Below are positions 50,210 through 64,000 of a stretch of 64,000 nt of DNA, piece after piece (the stretch's first letter is position 1; the number at the start of each line of letters is the position of its first letter). Source of the stretch: Vicugna vicugna. Its lineage: Eukaryota. A program made the translations under genes and the position numbers. The stretch lies in contig MU058669.1 in NCBI GenBank assembly GCA_013265495.1, positions 852,234 to 916,233 on the forward strand. Reading direction: 5' to 3'. The notes beneath the pieces are model-generated. The model had not been told where the DNA came from. It did no database searches and worked only from the letters and a program-made list of their open reading frames with translations.

Positions 50210-52850
50210 GGAAAAAAACAATAACCCTATACCTCAAATTCTTTCTAGAAAAATTCTGCAATACAATGTCCAGCACACAATAAAAAATAACCGGTTACAC
50301 CAGAAGGTAAAACAGCGTAGATAAAATGAACAGACAAGAAGAGAAAATAGGGACAGACACATAAAGGCACAAGACATTAGATTAATCAGACGTATATTTT
50401 ATAGTCAGTCACACTTACTACCTTCTAGGGAGTAAAGTAAATGATTGATGATTTCAGCAGGCTACTGAAGATCACGTAAAATAAGCAAGAGAAAATTTCA
50501 AATTTGAAAAGTACAAAGACTGACATTAAGAATTTTACAGGCATAATGGCAGATTGGATGGTTCTTAAAAAGAGAATTAGTAAACTTTAAGGTAGATCAA
50601 AAGAATAATAACAATTAAAGCATAGGAAGAGAAAAGGATGAAAAATTATTGTTGCTGTTTTATTTGTCCATATTTATTTATATTAATGCATGTATTTATA
50701 ATTTTTATTCCTTTTTATTTTATTCCATTCTGCATCTCTGAATTTCCATCTGGAATAATTTTCCTTCTTCTTGGATATTATCCTTTAGTTTTTCCACTAG
50801 TGTGAATCTATTGTTGACAAATACTTTTATAAACATTTATATGAAGATATTTTCATTTTACAATCTCTTTTGAAAGTAAGGTTTTTTTGGATGTAGAGTC
50901 CACATTTGCAGTTATTTTATTTTAGCTCTTTAAAGATGTAATTCAGTCGTTTCTTGTGAAGTGTCAGTTGTCAGTCTTACTGTTGATCACTACACAGTAA
51001 TCTGTTTCTCCACCTCTTCCTCACTCTGAGTGCTTTTAAGAGTTTGTCTTTGGTTTCCAGCAATGTTACTATATTGTGTCTCTGTGTGATTTCTTTTTTT
51101 TAAACATTTTTTATTGATTTATAATCATTTTACAATGTTGTGTCAAATTCCAGTGTTCAGCACAATTTTTCAGTCATTCATGGACATATACCTGTGTGAT
51201 TTCTTTTATTTACTATGCTTTGGTTGCATTGGACTTCTTAGTGAGTTAAGTATCCATTTCAAGAACTTAAGAGAGAAGAAAATACAGTGTAGAAATTAAT
51301 GAAATAGGAAATGTACAATAGAAAGATCAAGACACTCAAAACTAACCCCTAAAGAATCTTAGAGAAAGTGCCAGAGCAAATAAATAGGCACAAAACCCAC
51401 CATCGTCAGTGATATAACAGGTAACATCACTACCAGTCTTACAGAAGCAGACCAGTGGAATAGAAAAGAAAGACCAGAAGCAGAACCACATATACCTGGT
51501 CATTGGATTTATGACAGAGACACCACTGCAGTTCAGTAGAGAAAGAATGAACTTTTCAATAAATGACATCACCCACCAGTTGTATATCTAAATGGAAAAA
51601 TTGATTCAAGACCCCTGTATCACACCACATAAAAAGTCAATTCCAGATGGATTAATCGAAGTGGAAAACATAAAGCCACCAGAAGTTAATATAGACTATC
51701 ATGATGTCCTCAGGGTGAGAGAAGTCTTCTTAAACAGGATAGAAATATCCAAAAAGGGAAAAAAAAACCTGATAAATTGTACTGAATAGTTTCTGTTCTG
51801 AACATCAAGAGATACCATTAAGAGAGTGAAAATGCAAACTACAGAAAGGAAGAAGATATTTGCAACATACGCATTTGACCAAAGGCTTATATCTAGAACA
51901 CCTACCAATCAGTAAGAAAAGCACAGACAACCCAGGAGGAAAATAGGGAAAAGGCATATTGTCTTATTATTTTGAAAAGCATATGAACATTTCAATAAAC
52001 GTAGACATGAAGCTAACCTCACAAATAATCAGGGGAAATACAAATTAAAATTGCAATGAGTTATCATTCCACTCCCACCAGAATGGCTAAAATTAAAATG
52101 ACTGACAATCCCAAGTGTTTGAGAGAATCTGGAGCGAGGAGAATCGTCACATGCTGGTGGTGGGAGTGTAAACTGGCACCACCACTTTGGAAATATTTGG
52201 CAGTACCTATTAAAACTGAACATCCTCATACCACTCCTAGGATTATTTCCAACAGAAATACGTGCACCTGTGCACAAGAGACCTATCCAAGAATATTTAT
52301 AGACTCATTATGCAGAAGTGTAAGCAGCTCAACTGTCCATCAACAGCAGAATTACGGATGGATGAATTGTGACATACTCATTCAACAGAATCCTATACAG
52401 AAATGAAAATGAGTAAACTACACCCAAAAACAGCAATATGGATGAATCCCGTACGTGTAATACCAAGCAAAGGAAAACATATACACACATAAAACTGTAC
52501 CAAATTATCTCCTCTACATAAATTTCAAAAAGAAGGCAAAATGAAACTCTAACATTTAGGAATGTATGTTAGATGATAAATTTATTTTTTAAAAAAGATG
52601 TTATTTTAAGAGTCAGATAGGGATTCTCTTTGGCGGAACAGTGTTTTGTTTTTGTTTGTTTGTTTGGTTGGTTGGTTGGTTTTTTTTTTTTTTTTGGCCT
52701 AAAAGGGTAAAAGGAAGTATGATGGCAACGTTACATTTCTTGACCTGGGTGATGGTTACTCGAGCGTTAACTTTGTGATAATTCTTTGAGCGATATAGTT
52801 TTGCTCTAAGTATATGTGTTAGACTTTACAATGTATGAAAGTTAAAAGAG
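50210..52850 (+). mobile_element. Old fragmented LINE-1 (ORF1/ORF2 remnants and 3'UTR) with an opposite-strand L1 block at about 50650-51240
   Basis: ORF2 C-terminal remnants (HSTPTRMAKIK-TDNPKC, CWWECKL-PPLWK), L1 3'UTR motifs, many stops. Confidence 0.8.
51098..51191 (-). mobile_element. Young 94-bp, heavily 5'-truncated L1 3' terminus
   Basis: Minus strand ends ...gaatttgacacaacattgtaaaatgattataaatcaataaaaaatgtttaaa; perfect 16-bp TSD ctgtgtgatttctttt (51082-51097 / 51192-51207). Confidence 0.9.
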
Positions 52851-55800
52851 AGAGAGAAGCCAGAAACAGATTTTCAAATGAAATGCCTGGGTTTTTACAA
52901 TGTTACCAACTGATTTTTAAAAAAAATTTAGAAATCTTTGTGGACCATACCCAGTTCATCTGTGAGCTGCTATTGTGTAACCTCTAAAGGTCACTCCTGT
53001 TTGATTAGGAAGTTATGGGCACTGGGTTCGTTTCTATTCCGGTGCAAGAATCTAAGAAGTTTGGGGCCACCAATTTCGTTTGCATGTAGAGAACCAGAGT
53101 TAGACTAAAGTAGCAAGTCAAACTTAAATTTCTCTCAGCTCTTTCTTTTACTTCTCTCTCCTCTCTCTGCCAGTGGTAGCAGATTCCCTAAGGAAAGCTC
53201 CAGGGAGAAATTTAAAAGCTTGTTTCTGACGTGTCCATGCGTGAAAACAGCATCACAAATAAAATAGGACTCATTCTGAGGCTGCCGAGGCTTCCTGGGG
53301 ATTGTAAACCAGAGGAGCAACAATATGGTAATAGCGTTACCATTTTTGGAGAGCTGTCTCTATATCCAACCCTGTACAAAATTCTCTGCCTATCACTTAA
53401 TGATCATACCATTGAAATGTTCCTGTGCCGAGGGAATTATTGGATCTGTCTTAGAGATGAGAAAGTTGAGGCTCAAGAACATTGCAGGCCAGGGGCAAAT
53501 GGCAGAGACTGGATTCTTGTTCAGGGCTGTTTATTACTAACTGTTACATACATCATACTTGTGAGGCTATCAGTCCCCATGTGAGATATAGAGACATCCT
53601 TCCAGGATGTCCTAGATTTTGTAGAGCAGAGACATAGATATTTGCATATTCAACCTGAAAAAGGGTTCCAGCTGCTTAAACCCTTACTACCTTGAGCACT
53701 CAATCAATACAGGTGATTGTTACAATCTGTTCATCCTCCCAGTTTCCCTGAGACCTGTGGTACAAGCTCAGTACAATTCAACAAAGCCCAGCCCAGTCCC
53801 CCTGCCTGAACACAAAGGGCACCAAGAGACAGAGAGAAAAGAGTTGTAAGAATCACAGACTGAAGAGCCAGTCTTCAGTCCATGATTGGTACATGATCAA
53901 GGATTATACTGGCCGAATAGTGAGTGCTCATGAAATTCAGAAAACTAAAACCCTTTAGCCTTGGAAAATTCCACTGTAGAAGATCTGGTCATACTCCTCT
54001 ACCCTAGAATGTGGGAACTGAGGAGCAGGGTGATAATGAAGATGGGGAAATAGTGGGAAGGGTTTCACTTCACACATGACTACTAGCTAGTGACATGGCT
54101 GGACCTTGGGCGAGGCACTTCATCCCTCTGGCCTTTGTTGTCTGTCAAATGGGAGTGTTAGAATAGACATTGTTTTTAAAAGGACTTTAAACTTTTCTTT
54201 AAGATAAATCTTAACTGCAGTTCCAATATTAGGCAGTTAAGTAGTGAGGAGGAGAGGGTAAGTTTGTCTCATTGTTCCTCCTTCCCTGTGGAGCAGCCTG
54301 GAGGCAGCTTCTGGACCAGGACTTGGCACATAGTAGGTTCACAATGAATATCTGAAGAATAAACTGAGTATTCTTTGTTCTGGAGAGCATAATTTAAAAC
54401 AATTTTGGGTAGGGTACTTTAAGGTCCCTTCTAACTCAAAAACTCTATAGTCACCCAAGGGATTTGCCTGAGAGCATCCTGGGAGCAAGGTAGGGGCAGA
54501 GCTGAATGAAAGCTAGCTCTCCCATCTGGCAGTCCAGGGTCCCCGGGGTCACTCTCTGGCCCTTTGGCTATAGGCTGGTTCCATTGTGAGCTCTCCAGTT
54601 CAAGCTCCAGCTCTGCAGGGTTGTGTGGAGAGGTGTTCTGTGCTCTTCCTCTCATACTCCTTTAAACTCTGATTTGATTGTCACCTTTGCCTTGGACATG
54701 TACCCTGATGAGAGGAAACACACACACACACGAGACGAAATGAAAGTTAATCCCGAGCCCTTCATGTCCCAGTGAAAGGTTGGGAACCGAAGATGCCTTT
54801 ATCTTTAGCAGGGGAATTATGAAATAGCAGGGCTGGAGGATATCTAAAGGTCATCTCCAGGAGGGTATCACTGTGAAGACTGTGGACTCGAGGACACTTT
54901 TTTGAAAAGAAAAAGTTAAAAAAAAAATAAGAGTGTGGACGGGCTTGGTTCAAATCTTAACTCTATCACTCATTGGCTAGAGGATCTTTGGCAAGATCCC
55001 AAACTCTTTAGGAGTTCAGGTTTCTTTCTTTCTTTTCTTTTCTTTCTTTCTTCCTTTTTTCATAAAATGGGGATGACAGCATCTTTTACCTCATGGAGAT
55101 ACAGAGGTGGGGAGGTGAGGTGTGGGAAACCGTATAAAATGCCAAATATAGAGGCAGACAGCCAAGATGGGCTCAATCACTGTTAGCTATTATCATTCTG
55201 ACCAGCCAGCTGCTGAATGAATTCTCTTGACAATATTTGTGCCAAATGGTCCTCTGCTTAAAAACTCCCAGTAATGGAGAATTCACGACCTCAAGGGGAA
55301 TCAGCTTCAACCTCAAGCATCTGAGCAGCTCAGACTTCCACTTTCCTTATGGGACAAGGCAGGCAGTCACTGAAAGCCAAGATGAGAATGTTCCAGGTGG
55401 GATCCTGGGGTGTGATGCCTCTCTGAGAGTTGAGCCTATAGTTAAACTTGAAATAAACAGAAGACTTCACCTTCCAAGTCTGTCAGGTTGGCAGTCTCTG
55501 TGCAAAGCTCACCTAAACCCAAATTACTAAGCTGCCAGACACAGGGAAACTCTGAAATAATTTTTTAGCAGCAAGGTTCCAATGTGGCAGACATCTACCT
55601 GCTTCCTCTCCTGGTTTTTCTCCAGACCCTGGCCTGGCAGGCCAGGGGGTCCCCTGGGGATGCTTCTTTCTCAGTCTGAGATTTTAGACCATCATTTTCT
55701 GTAAATGTGAGCCCTTCAGGCACAATAACCTGAGATCCTTGTGCTGCCCGCCCCCCCCCCCCATGGTGAAAAATCTCGTGGACACATGATAATTCATTCC

Positions 55801-58800
55801 TCAAGAAATTCAGGACTAGAGAGCATCTCTTTTTTTCCTACTATTTGGAAACTTACCCCTACAATCCCCATACTTCTATCTCCAACCAGGAGGAGATGGC
55901 TCACCCTATAGACCACCTGTGACCAACCCTCTTTGGCACTCAAGGCTCTCAGTACCCTGCCTACTTTATCTAGACAACTTCACCACCTGGCACAGACCTT
56001 TTAGTCGAGTTAAGAGCCTTCCTCATGTTCCCCATGGCTCTGCGTGCCTTTACCCATGCTATTTCTCAGGCATAGCACCTCTTCTTTCCTGACTTTCACT
56101 TACTGTCTCCAAGTCCCACTGTCTCCAGACCTTTCACCGTCTATGATCTTGGCCCTTCCCACCCACCCAGGATCTATCCACACTGCAGATGCAGTCACTT
56201 TAGTTTCCTGAATTGATGGCAAACTCACAGGCAGCCTTGCACCCCTCTGAAATAATTTCATGAGTATTGTCTATTTGCAAGATTATGGTCTTTCAGATTA
56301 AATACTGTGACCTACACTTCTTTCATACTTTCGAAAGTGCCTAGCCTAGTAGACGCTTAGTAAATTTTTCTGGACAAAATAATTTATTTGAGTTGATAAA
56401 AAGTGTTAAGCTAAAATTAGCCATAGATTTCAAGTATGCTGAAAAGGAGGGAAATTATATAAAATCAGTGGCCCCACTCTGGTGAACCTTGATTAAACCT
56501 ATGCTGTTTAATACCACCTAGCATGGTTTGATTTTCATTTAATTTTGTTAAAGTATCATAGGACAGATTCAGTGGGCCGCATCTTAATCTCAGGAGTGCA
56601 ATAAATATCTACTGAATGAAGGGAAAGAGGGAGGAATTCCTGAGGAGGAAGTATAATTTCACATGCAGTTAAGGAAGGCTGATATATACAATACATGATC
56701 AGAATCACTTCTTTTTGATCCCGCCCTTGGATCCCAGCTCTTCCTCAGCTCTGCAGCGTGGCATTCAAGGCTCTCCATATTCTAAGCATAAATGATTTTC
56801 CAGCCTCATCCATCAAGTTTCCTCCATTTGCTCCTGTGTTTCTGCAAATGGACTGTTTGGTGTTTTCAAAATATAGTTTCAGTTCCCTGCTATTATCTTT
56901 CCTTACTTTTCCCCCTTTCCTCTAAGATGTACTAAACCCGTAACTTAAGCTCCAGCGACCTCCTATCTGAAACAATTTGAATCAGAGGAAAGGGATCAGA
57001 CCAAGCAGGTTGGTCTCCCTGTCTTGACTCCTCTCTCGCTCAAGTAGTATGATTTTACCTCTTTGACAAGGCTTTGTATGTTTCGGCTCATGTATATTGA
57101 TTGTGATTGGTTATTTACAAGCCATTCTCAAAAGCTTCTCCTGGACTGTGACCTGAAGGACAGGAGTGATCTTTTATCCATCTCGATATTTCCTGTGACA
57201 CTTAGAAATAGCAAAATTTGCTCAATAATAGCTAATAACAATGCTAACATTGTAAGAGTACTTCTGGGTGCTAGGCATCACGTATTATCTCAGTGAATAC
57301 TCGCGGTGACCCTCTGAAGCAAGAACTCTTAGCGTTGTTTTTCTTTTTTTTTTTTTGGGTTAGTAAACTAAGACTTAGAGACTTTAAGTAGCTTGTCTGA
57401 AATCATACACCTGGGAGATGGAGGAATCGGAATACAAACCCTGTAAGTCTGACTACAGAGCCTGAGTTCTTGGAAAAAAATTGGCAACAACTGCCATCAA
57501 CCCCCCGCCACGGGCAGCCATCCTAGAGAGAAGAACAGACTCTCAAAAAAGGTCAAAAATAGAAAAAGGCGGGGGGTGTGCAGGATCCATGGCACAGACC
57601 TCCAGAGGTCCTGACTCTTGAAAGTCTCAGTAACCAATTCGTATTCAGGTAGTCCCCAAACGTGCTAAGTGCTGAAATATACAAAGGGAAAGAGGGAAAG
57701 CAAGTTCTAAGGACCAAATTTCTATTGACCAAAGCGCCCCTTCAAAACAGCTCAAGGCTCTGCTGAGCTGAATTTTTCAAAACTGTCACTTTCCCGCAGA
57801 GTGAACTCTTCAAAGGACCTGAAAGAAGTGTTCCTGCTGGTGTCGGCTCACTCTGTCTGCTCCCTTCCGAGCAGACAGCCAAGTGTGCAGAATGCCTGGG
57901 GAGGCCAAGGAGCCAGGCGGGCTCAGAATGTTTCCTCTGTCAGGTGAGGAGAGACCTGTCTCTCCCTCGAGCCTGGTCCACTGGCCTGAATGACAGCTGA
58001 GCAGCAGCCGGACTGGCTTCCCCCGATAGGACTGGGTTTGGAAGCCATGTGTGTTTTATCCTTAAAGGTCTTGTTAAACTGGCGAAGAAGACCCATGCAG
58101 AATGGAGGATGAAGTGGTAGTGACCTTTTCTGGCCTCTGAGGTCGTCATAGCAAATGTCACTTGAGAAGGGAGAGCAAGGACACAAGAGAAGTGATTAAC
58201 CATAAGCTGAGTTTTGAGGGTCTCTCCGTGTCCTGCCCTCCCTTCCCCATAGCTCTCCCAGTGTCAAAACAGGGACTCCCAGGGTCATTAATAGGGATCC
58301 CTGGATTTGGAATCAGAAACTCTAGGTTTTAGACCCCTGTCTCCCATTTGCAACTCGTATAACCTGCGGCTAATCACAGGTCTCTATTTCCCTGTCTGCA
58401 AAATAGAGCTGTAGGTGATGTCTGTTGTAGCCGCCTCTTTCACAGGGGCTGCTGTGGGGATCATTCAGCCAACACGTGAATGGGTTTTGTCACCTGGAGA
58501 CCACAATAGGATATACAAAGGATTGTCGTTTGTTGGATTTTTGTAGCATACATGTGGACACAAAAATAAATATGAAACAAAAATAAAAGGGCTGTAGGAT
58601 ACACTTCTAAAAGGAAAATATATTTTTAAATGCTTTTCGTTTTACAATTCTGGGACATGTTCAGATAGAACAGATGCAAACTTGTCATACTCTGTGTGCT
58701 TAAAAGATTCTCCCCTCTCCCCTTTCTCTCTCTAAATCATTCCCAGCCTCTTCTGGGATGCTGTGACGGATTCATCAAAATTGATCACTCAGGCCACTGA

Positions 58801-59134
58801 GATCTGTTGCTTTCACACTGTGAAAATGACACAGCTCAATACTTTGTAAAGTGTTGACCTGGTTTCTTATTTTTCTGTATATGTTTATTTGCTTTATATA
58901 CTTACAGGTCCTTGAGGGAGGCCTTATGCATCTGACTTCTTATAGACCATGGCACGAGATATTTAGAAATGGCTCAGTACATCTTTAACATTAGTAAGTC
59001 AGCCAAACAAGTATTTAGTGTTCAAGTCCTATGTGTCTAGCACTTTGTTAGGAAATAAGGAGCTTAAGCAGTATAAGAAATAGAATAGGATTATATTATC
59101 TAAACCATATCTTACGTTTAAATAGAGGTTTACA

Positions 59135-59685
59135 ATTAAAAAAGCATTTTTCAATTTGAGCTACAAAATCATTTAAGTAGTATTGGATTATACCCAAAGT
59201 ATAAAATAAATATCCACAGATCCATATCAATATGAATAAATTGATTAAATAAGTGAATGGGGAAGAACTGACAGTCTCCCAGGCAGAATTCCAAATAATT
59301 TATGTGACTTCTTTGCCTTTAAAGAGATGGGTCCTAATGCTCTACTCTTTAATGTAGGCTGGGCATAGTGACTTCTTTCCAAAGAGTTAGCCCAATATTT
59401 AGGGTTAGTTAACAATATACCATTACTGGTTCATAATTTTGACAGATTCATCATGCTAATGTAAAATTTTAACTACAGAGAAGAAAACTGGCTGTGGGTA
59501 CATGGGAACTCTTTGAACTACAGTCGGCCCTCTGTGTCTGCAAATGCGGATCCCTCAGATTTGAAGGGCCGAGTGCACTATGCCGTTTTATATAAGGGAG
59601 TTGAGCACCTATGGATTTTGATATCTGGTTCTTTGAGATCTTTCTATAAATAAAAAACTGCAATAAAAAGTTTATTTAAAAAAGC
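59135..59685 (+). mobile_element. Old L1MC-like 3' end containing a nested Tigger/MER2-like fragment at about 59520-59627
   Basis: gtattggattatacccaaagtataaaataaatatcc...cagaattccaaataattta...gggtacatgggaactctttg; nested cagtcggccctctg...gagcacctatggattttgatatc. Confidence 0.7.
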
Positions 59686-59739
59686 AGTTTCACAAATGTG
59701 AGCTTGTCTAATGCCTGTCATCTTGAATATACATGGTTG

Positions 59740-61810
59740 TCTTTGCTATCTCCCCCAAACCCACAAAAATCACAGCAAAGTGATAAAGTAGGTACAAACC
59801 CAATAGAACAAAGACATGCTGAGAAAAGGCAAGATCAGGCAAAAAAGTAAAATATTTGGAGGATGGAAAGTGGATGAATGAAGGGTAGCTGACTTAGCAA
59901 AGTGAAGAAAGCTAAAGCTGAACTATCTGTAGAGGAAGTGGGTGGAGTCAATAAAAGAAGCCAATAACAGCACAGACTATGAGAAAAGGAGTGGGAATGT
60001 GAAGCACTAGGACTGAAATACACAGGAAATGGGGTGAAAACTGGTAAGAAGCTCCAGGACCCCTCTCCTAGCTCATGCAATGAGGTGACTGCCTCCTTTT
60101 CAGCCAGGCTGACAATCAGCATGAATTGGAGGGACTCTAGACTGGGAACACCAGGAACGGTGGAGGGTGAGGGTGAGGTCCAGCCACTGGCCATCTTCCT
60201 CCTCTCAGGCAGACCGTCCTATTGCCGTTTTGGCATTTATAAGAACAGATAGCTAAGGGTCTCTAAATATGGGGGGTGGGGTTAGAAATTAAAATTAACG
60301 GACAGGAAAAAACAAATCGCTGGAAACAAAGTACAGTTCAGGGGCCAAAAGAACGCTTCAAAAACCTGTCCTCTTATTTGGGAGAAAAGAGGCATGAATA
60401 CGATGCTATAACAAAGGAATAATAAAAAACAAGGATGTTAATAAAATAGATAAATGCATTAGTTAACAAAAATGCTGAAATACAGAGTTGAAGACATCAC
60501 CCAGTAAATAGCTAAAAGTCTCATAAACAGACTCTTCAAAGTCCAACCTAAAACTACTAGGAAATGGAAGTGAAAGAGAAGAGGAGGGAAGGGTACTATC
60601 AAGTAAATTATATCAGAAAATCTCAAAGTGGAGGATCTGCATTTTAAACTGAAAATGTTCACCGAGTGCCTCGCATCGTGAATGACCCGTGAGTGAAATA
60701 TGCTCCAGACCATAGCCCATCCAATCTATTAATGATTCCAGGGACACAGAAAAGATCATAACAGCTTCTGCAAGGAGACAAGGGAGCAAATCATATAAAA
60801 AGGAGGAGCACTCAGAATGGCATTGGGTTTTGGTCAGTTCCAGTGGATGGAAGACGATTTTACAATGTGGTTCCTAAGAGAAAGAGAAGATAACGGGACG
60901 AATGCCTGCAAATTTTGAATGAAAATTATTTCCAGGCTTTCATTTCATCCCCAATCAGTGGAGTTTGAGGCGGAATAAAAACCATCTCAGATATGCAAGA
61001 CGTACAAATTTATCTCCCATGTACTTTTTCTTAGGAAGGTACCGGAGGATACAGTCCACCAAAATGGGAGAGTAAATGGAGAACTGAGGAAGAATGAGAT
61101 AGAAGAGGACTAATATTAGGGGAATGGGAGGGTCAGTCCCCAGAAGACAGCTCTCCTTGCTGGCCCACCAGGTCCAGGCCAGGCTGGAGCAGAAAGGACC
61201 AGGGAGGGGGTGGTGTTGGGGGTGTCCAAGGAGGAGGTCTCTAGAAGAGAACAGTGCAACTGAGAGACCTCCTTCTATGTGTGATTGTAACTGAGAGACG
61301 TGCTGTGGTTTGCTCTGCAAATTTAGGTCTGAATCAGTGATAAAATACAGAGAACGAGAACAGCAAAGCAAACAAGCAAAGTGGCATAAACAAACAAAGC
61401 AGGAAGACAGGATGTTTCAGAGTTCACTCTTTGGCTCTGCTGTGAAGGTATTTACCTAGTCATAATACTGTAAACGCTGGATATTGATTTAACAAAAATA
61501 TAACATTGGGAAAAAGGGAGCTATGTGAGTGAGGTGGTGGTGAAAGGGTTAAGGATGTGTGAGCTCAATCCTCATCTGTCACAGTAAGAATCCAATAAAT
61601 AATATCTAAAACTAGAAAGTCAGAAAAAGGCAGTATGAGGGATTTGAAGGTAAAATATCAGAAGAAATAGCAAAAAAAAAAAGTTTTAAAGTGATTCCTG
61701 AGAGCTGGAATGTGGGATAGAAAAGAATGAGGGAAGGCAGTGCTGAATTTTATTTTATTACTTAGAATACCATTTGGTTTTATGCATTATTTGAGGGGGA
61801 AAAAATCTTT
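59740..61810 (+). mobile_element. Ancient HAL1/L1M-like element (5' region, degraded ORF1, 3' region)
   Basis: A-rich plus strand with ORF1-like remnants (agaaaagatcataacagcttc...tcagaatggcattggg...gaaaattatttccag) and no ORF2 recognised. Confidence 0.55.
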
Positions 61811-63816
61811 AAAAATATTCATGTCCTCCGTCCAGTGCCTGGAAGAATGAGTAATCATCTTTCTCCATTTTACAGAAGAGGAAACTGAGGATGTCAGAGG
61901 TACAGTGACATGTTCAGAATCACAAAGAGAGGCAGTGGTGCAGCCAGGACTAGACTCGGTCTCCTGACTCGCAGACCGGTGCTCTGTCCATTTAGATGGA
62001 GAAGCGGGGAGCAGTAGACTTAATTTATCCTGTCAGCCCCGTGGGCAGGGATTCTGTAGAATCTAGAGTCTAGAGTCATCTGCTAGTTTCAGGGAAAAGC
62101 TTTGACCTCTATCACCTTCTGTGAGTCCTGGAAAACAACAGGCTTGGACAGTTCATGGGGGACAGCCTCTTGCTACGAAGGAACCAAATCCTAAAATCAT
62201 CTTCCATCAGCCCTTTGTGTCTTAACTGCCGCACTGCTCTCTAGTCCCTTCCCGGTGTCGCATGCTTCAATAAACATAACTACTTTTACTCTGGGTAAGA
62301 AAAACTACAGTGGGACAAAAGAATGAAACCGTAGATGTTTTTGCATTTTTAAACTAGTCGTTTGCTTTCCTTTCCATCACAGTACAGGGGATAGCCCATT
62401 TCTTTTCCTGCCTGGTGCAGTTGAAGCGTGTTTCCCTCAGATATCTTCTGTCTTGTGAGATGCATTCTGGTTTGGGCTTTTGCTTTCATGTTGCCATCAC
62501 AAAAGATTGTTCTACTTTCTTAGTTTGTACTTAAGAATCTGCCCTACTTTCTGCCCGGTGTGGGATTCTTACAGCAGGTCTGTGCCTTCATGCAGCCCCA
62601 GGTTCTTGAGATGCTTTCCTTCCTTCCTCATACGACAGTATGCGTCTCAAACTCATCCAACTCCCTCCTCGATCATCATTTCTTCCTTTTTTTCTTTCAT
62701 TCCAGTGCAATTCTATTGAATAACTTTATGTGATTGTAAGTCTGTCGGTGTGTGCGTGGTAGACGCTAGACAGGGATCTAGGAATTCCATGGTGCACAAA
62801 ACAGATACTGCCTCTATCCCGTGAGCTCTCAGTTGAGTGGAAAAAGCAAAGGCAGGAATGAATAATTACTGCATTTGTGTGACAGAGAGTTGTGCAGGGA
62901 ATCTGGGTACCATGAAAACCTGTGAATAAGAATCCAACCTAATTGAGATGGCGGCTGTTGGTCAAGGCTGTTGTGTGAGACTCAATGGGACACCTCAGAT
63001 GCCTGCCACAGAGTTGAGTGACACATTAATGCCTAAAAAACATTGACCATTTCCCTGATTAATATCCTTGGAATGGTACTGAAGTTAAAAGTGATCTACA
63101 AATTAACCTTATTATTAACCTTACTACCCTAAGGAAGTTCAATAAAAAGTCAAGAAAAATTCCTGATATAAAATGAGGGTGAAACTTGACTGGGGGAAAA
63201 GGATGGGAAGGATTCTTCCTAGACCTGGAAGATCAAGCTGACTTCTCTCCTTACTCCTTTGCCATCTTCAAATTCGTTCTGAAAAGCAATTTCAGATTTC
63301 AAATTTCTGCTTAGTGGCTCCTGAAGAACTAGGCTTGGGTCAGGATGTAACTAAATCTTTCGACACTGGGGACAACAACCAGAAAACAGCAACCCACATT
63401 TGTAGGGCTTGCAATTAACACAGTACCCCATCCAAGGTACACCACTTAGACCTTTTCACACTCTCAGAGATAGGCTTCTCAGCTTTGAAAGGGTAAGAAA
63501 AAAAAAAAAAGATAGGGTGTGCTCACAAGTACTGTACACACCCTAAATGAGAACAAATGTTTATAGAGACAGGAAGCTGAAAATAAAGTTTTGAAACTAG
63601 CAAATACAGGTTTACTGCTTCCACTGTAATTTGGCATAGAGAACAGATTTCAAGAGGTGGAATGAGGATTCCCTTATTTGGCAAAAGTAATGTTTTCTAG
63701 AAAATATGGGTGCAAAGTGAATTTCTTTAAAATTAGTACCCTTTTTACAGTTTTTCACTGGAAAGCTAGGAAAGCAGCCTAGTAGGGAAGGGGTCTCCAA
63801 AGTACCGAGGAAGAGA

Positions 63817-63817
<1 letters not shown>

Positions 63818-63869
<52 letters not shown>

Positions 63870-63904
63870 CACATACACACTCAACGCATACACACACACT
63901 CACA
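63818..63904. repeat. (CG)n(CA)n alternating purine-pyrimidine microsatellite
   Basis: tgcgcgcgcgcacacaca... seen directly. Confidence 0.95.
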
Positions 63905-64000
63905 TGACTCAGTAGCTGGTCGAGGCAGGTTATTTTAGGGGCTCATCAGTGACATTTTCAGGACTTTGGACGTCTTTCTCAATCTTGAATTTTCTACTTC

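Noticed and set aside
52056..52406. 116-aa ORF
   Set aside because: Degraded L1 ORF2 C-terminal remnant, not a host gene.

Overview
Mammalian genomic DNA, probably a camelid-type artiodactyl (inferred from L1 3' ends and the apparent lack of young SINEs). The whole window lies inside the AMPA receptor gene GRIA1 on the minus strand. It holds three internal coding exons (9605-9844, 6555-6739, 1185-1238; exons 3-5 by human numbering) with canonical splice sites, and 9845-64000 is the large upstream intron. The main accessory feature is a processed ADAL (adenosine deaminase-like/MAPDA) pseudogene at about 41004-42715, in the same orientation as GRIA1. It appears copied from a short, intron-terminated ADAL isoform and is split by a ~420-bp GGAA/GAAA expansion that keeps the ADAL reading frame. 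The rest is ordinary repeat content: L1 (including a twin-primed inverted copy and a 94-bp copy with a perfect TSD), MIR, L2, MaLR/ERV LTRs, MER DNA transposons and microsatellites. I found no support for a new biological system. Repeat family names and reference proteins are recalled from memory, not searched.
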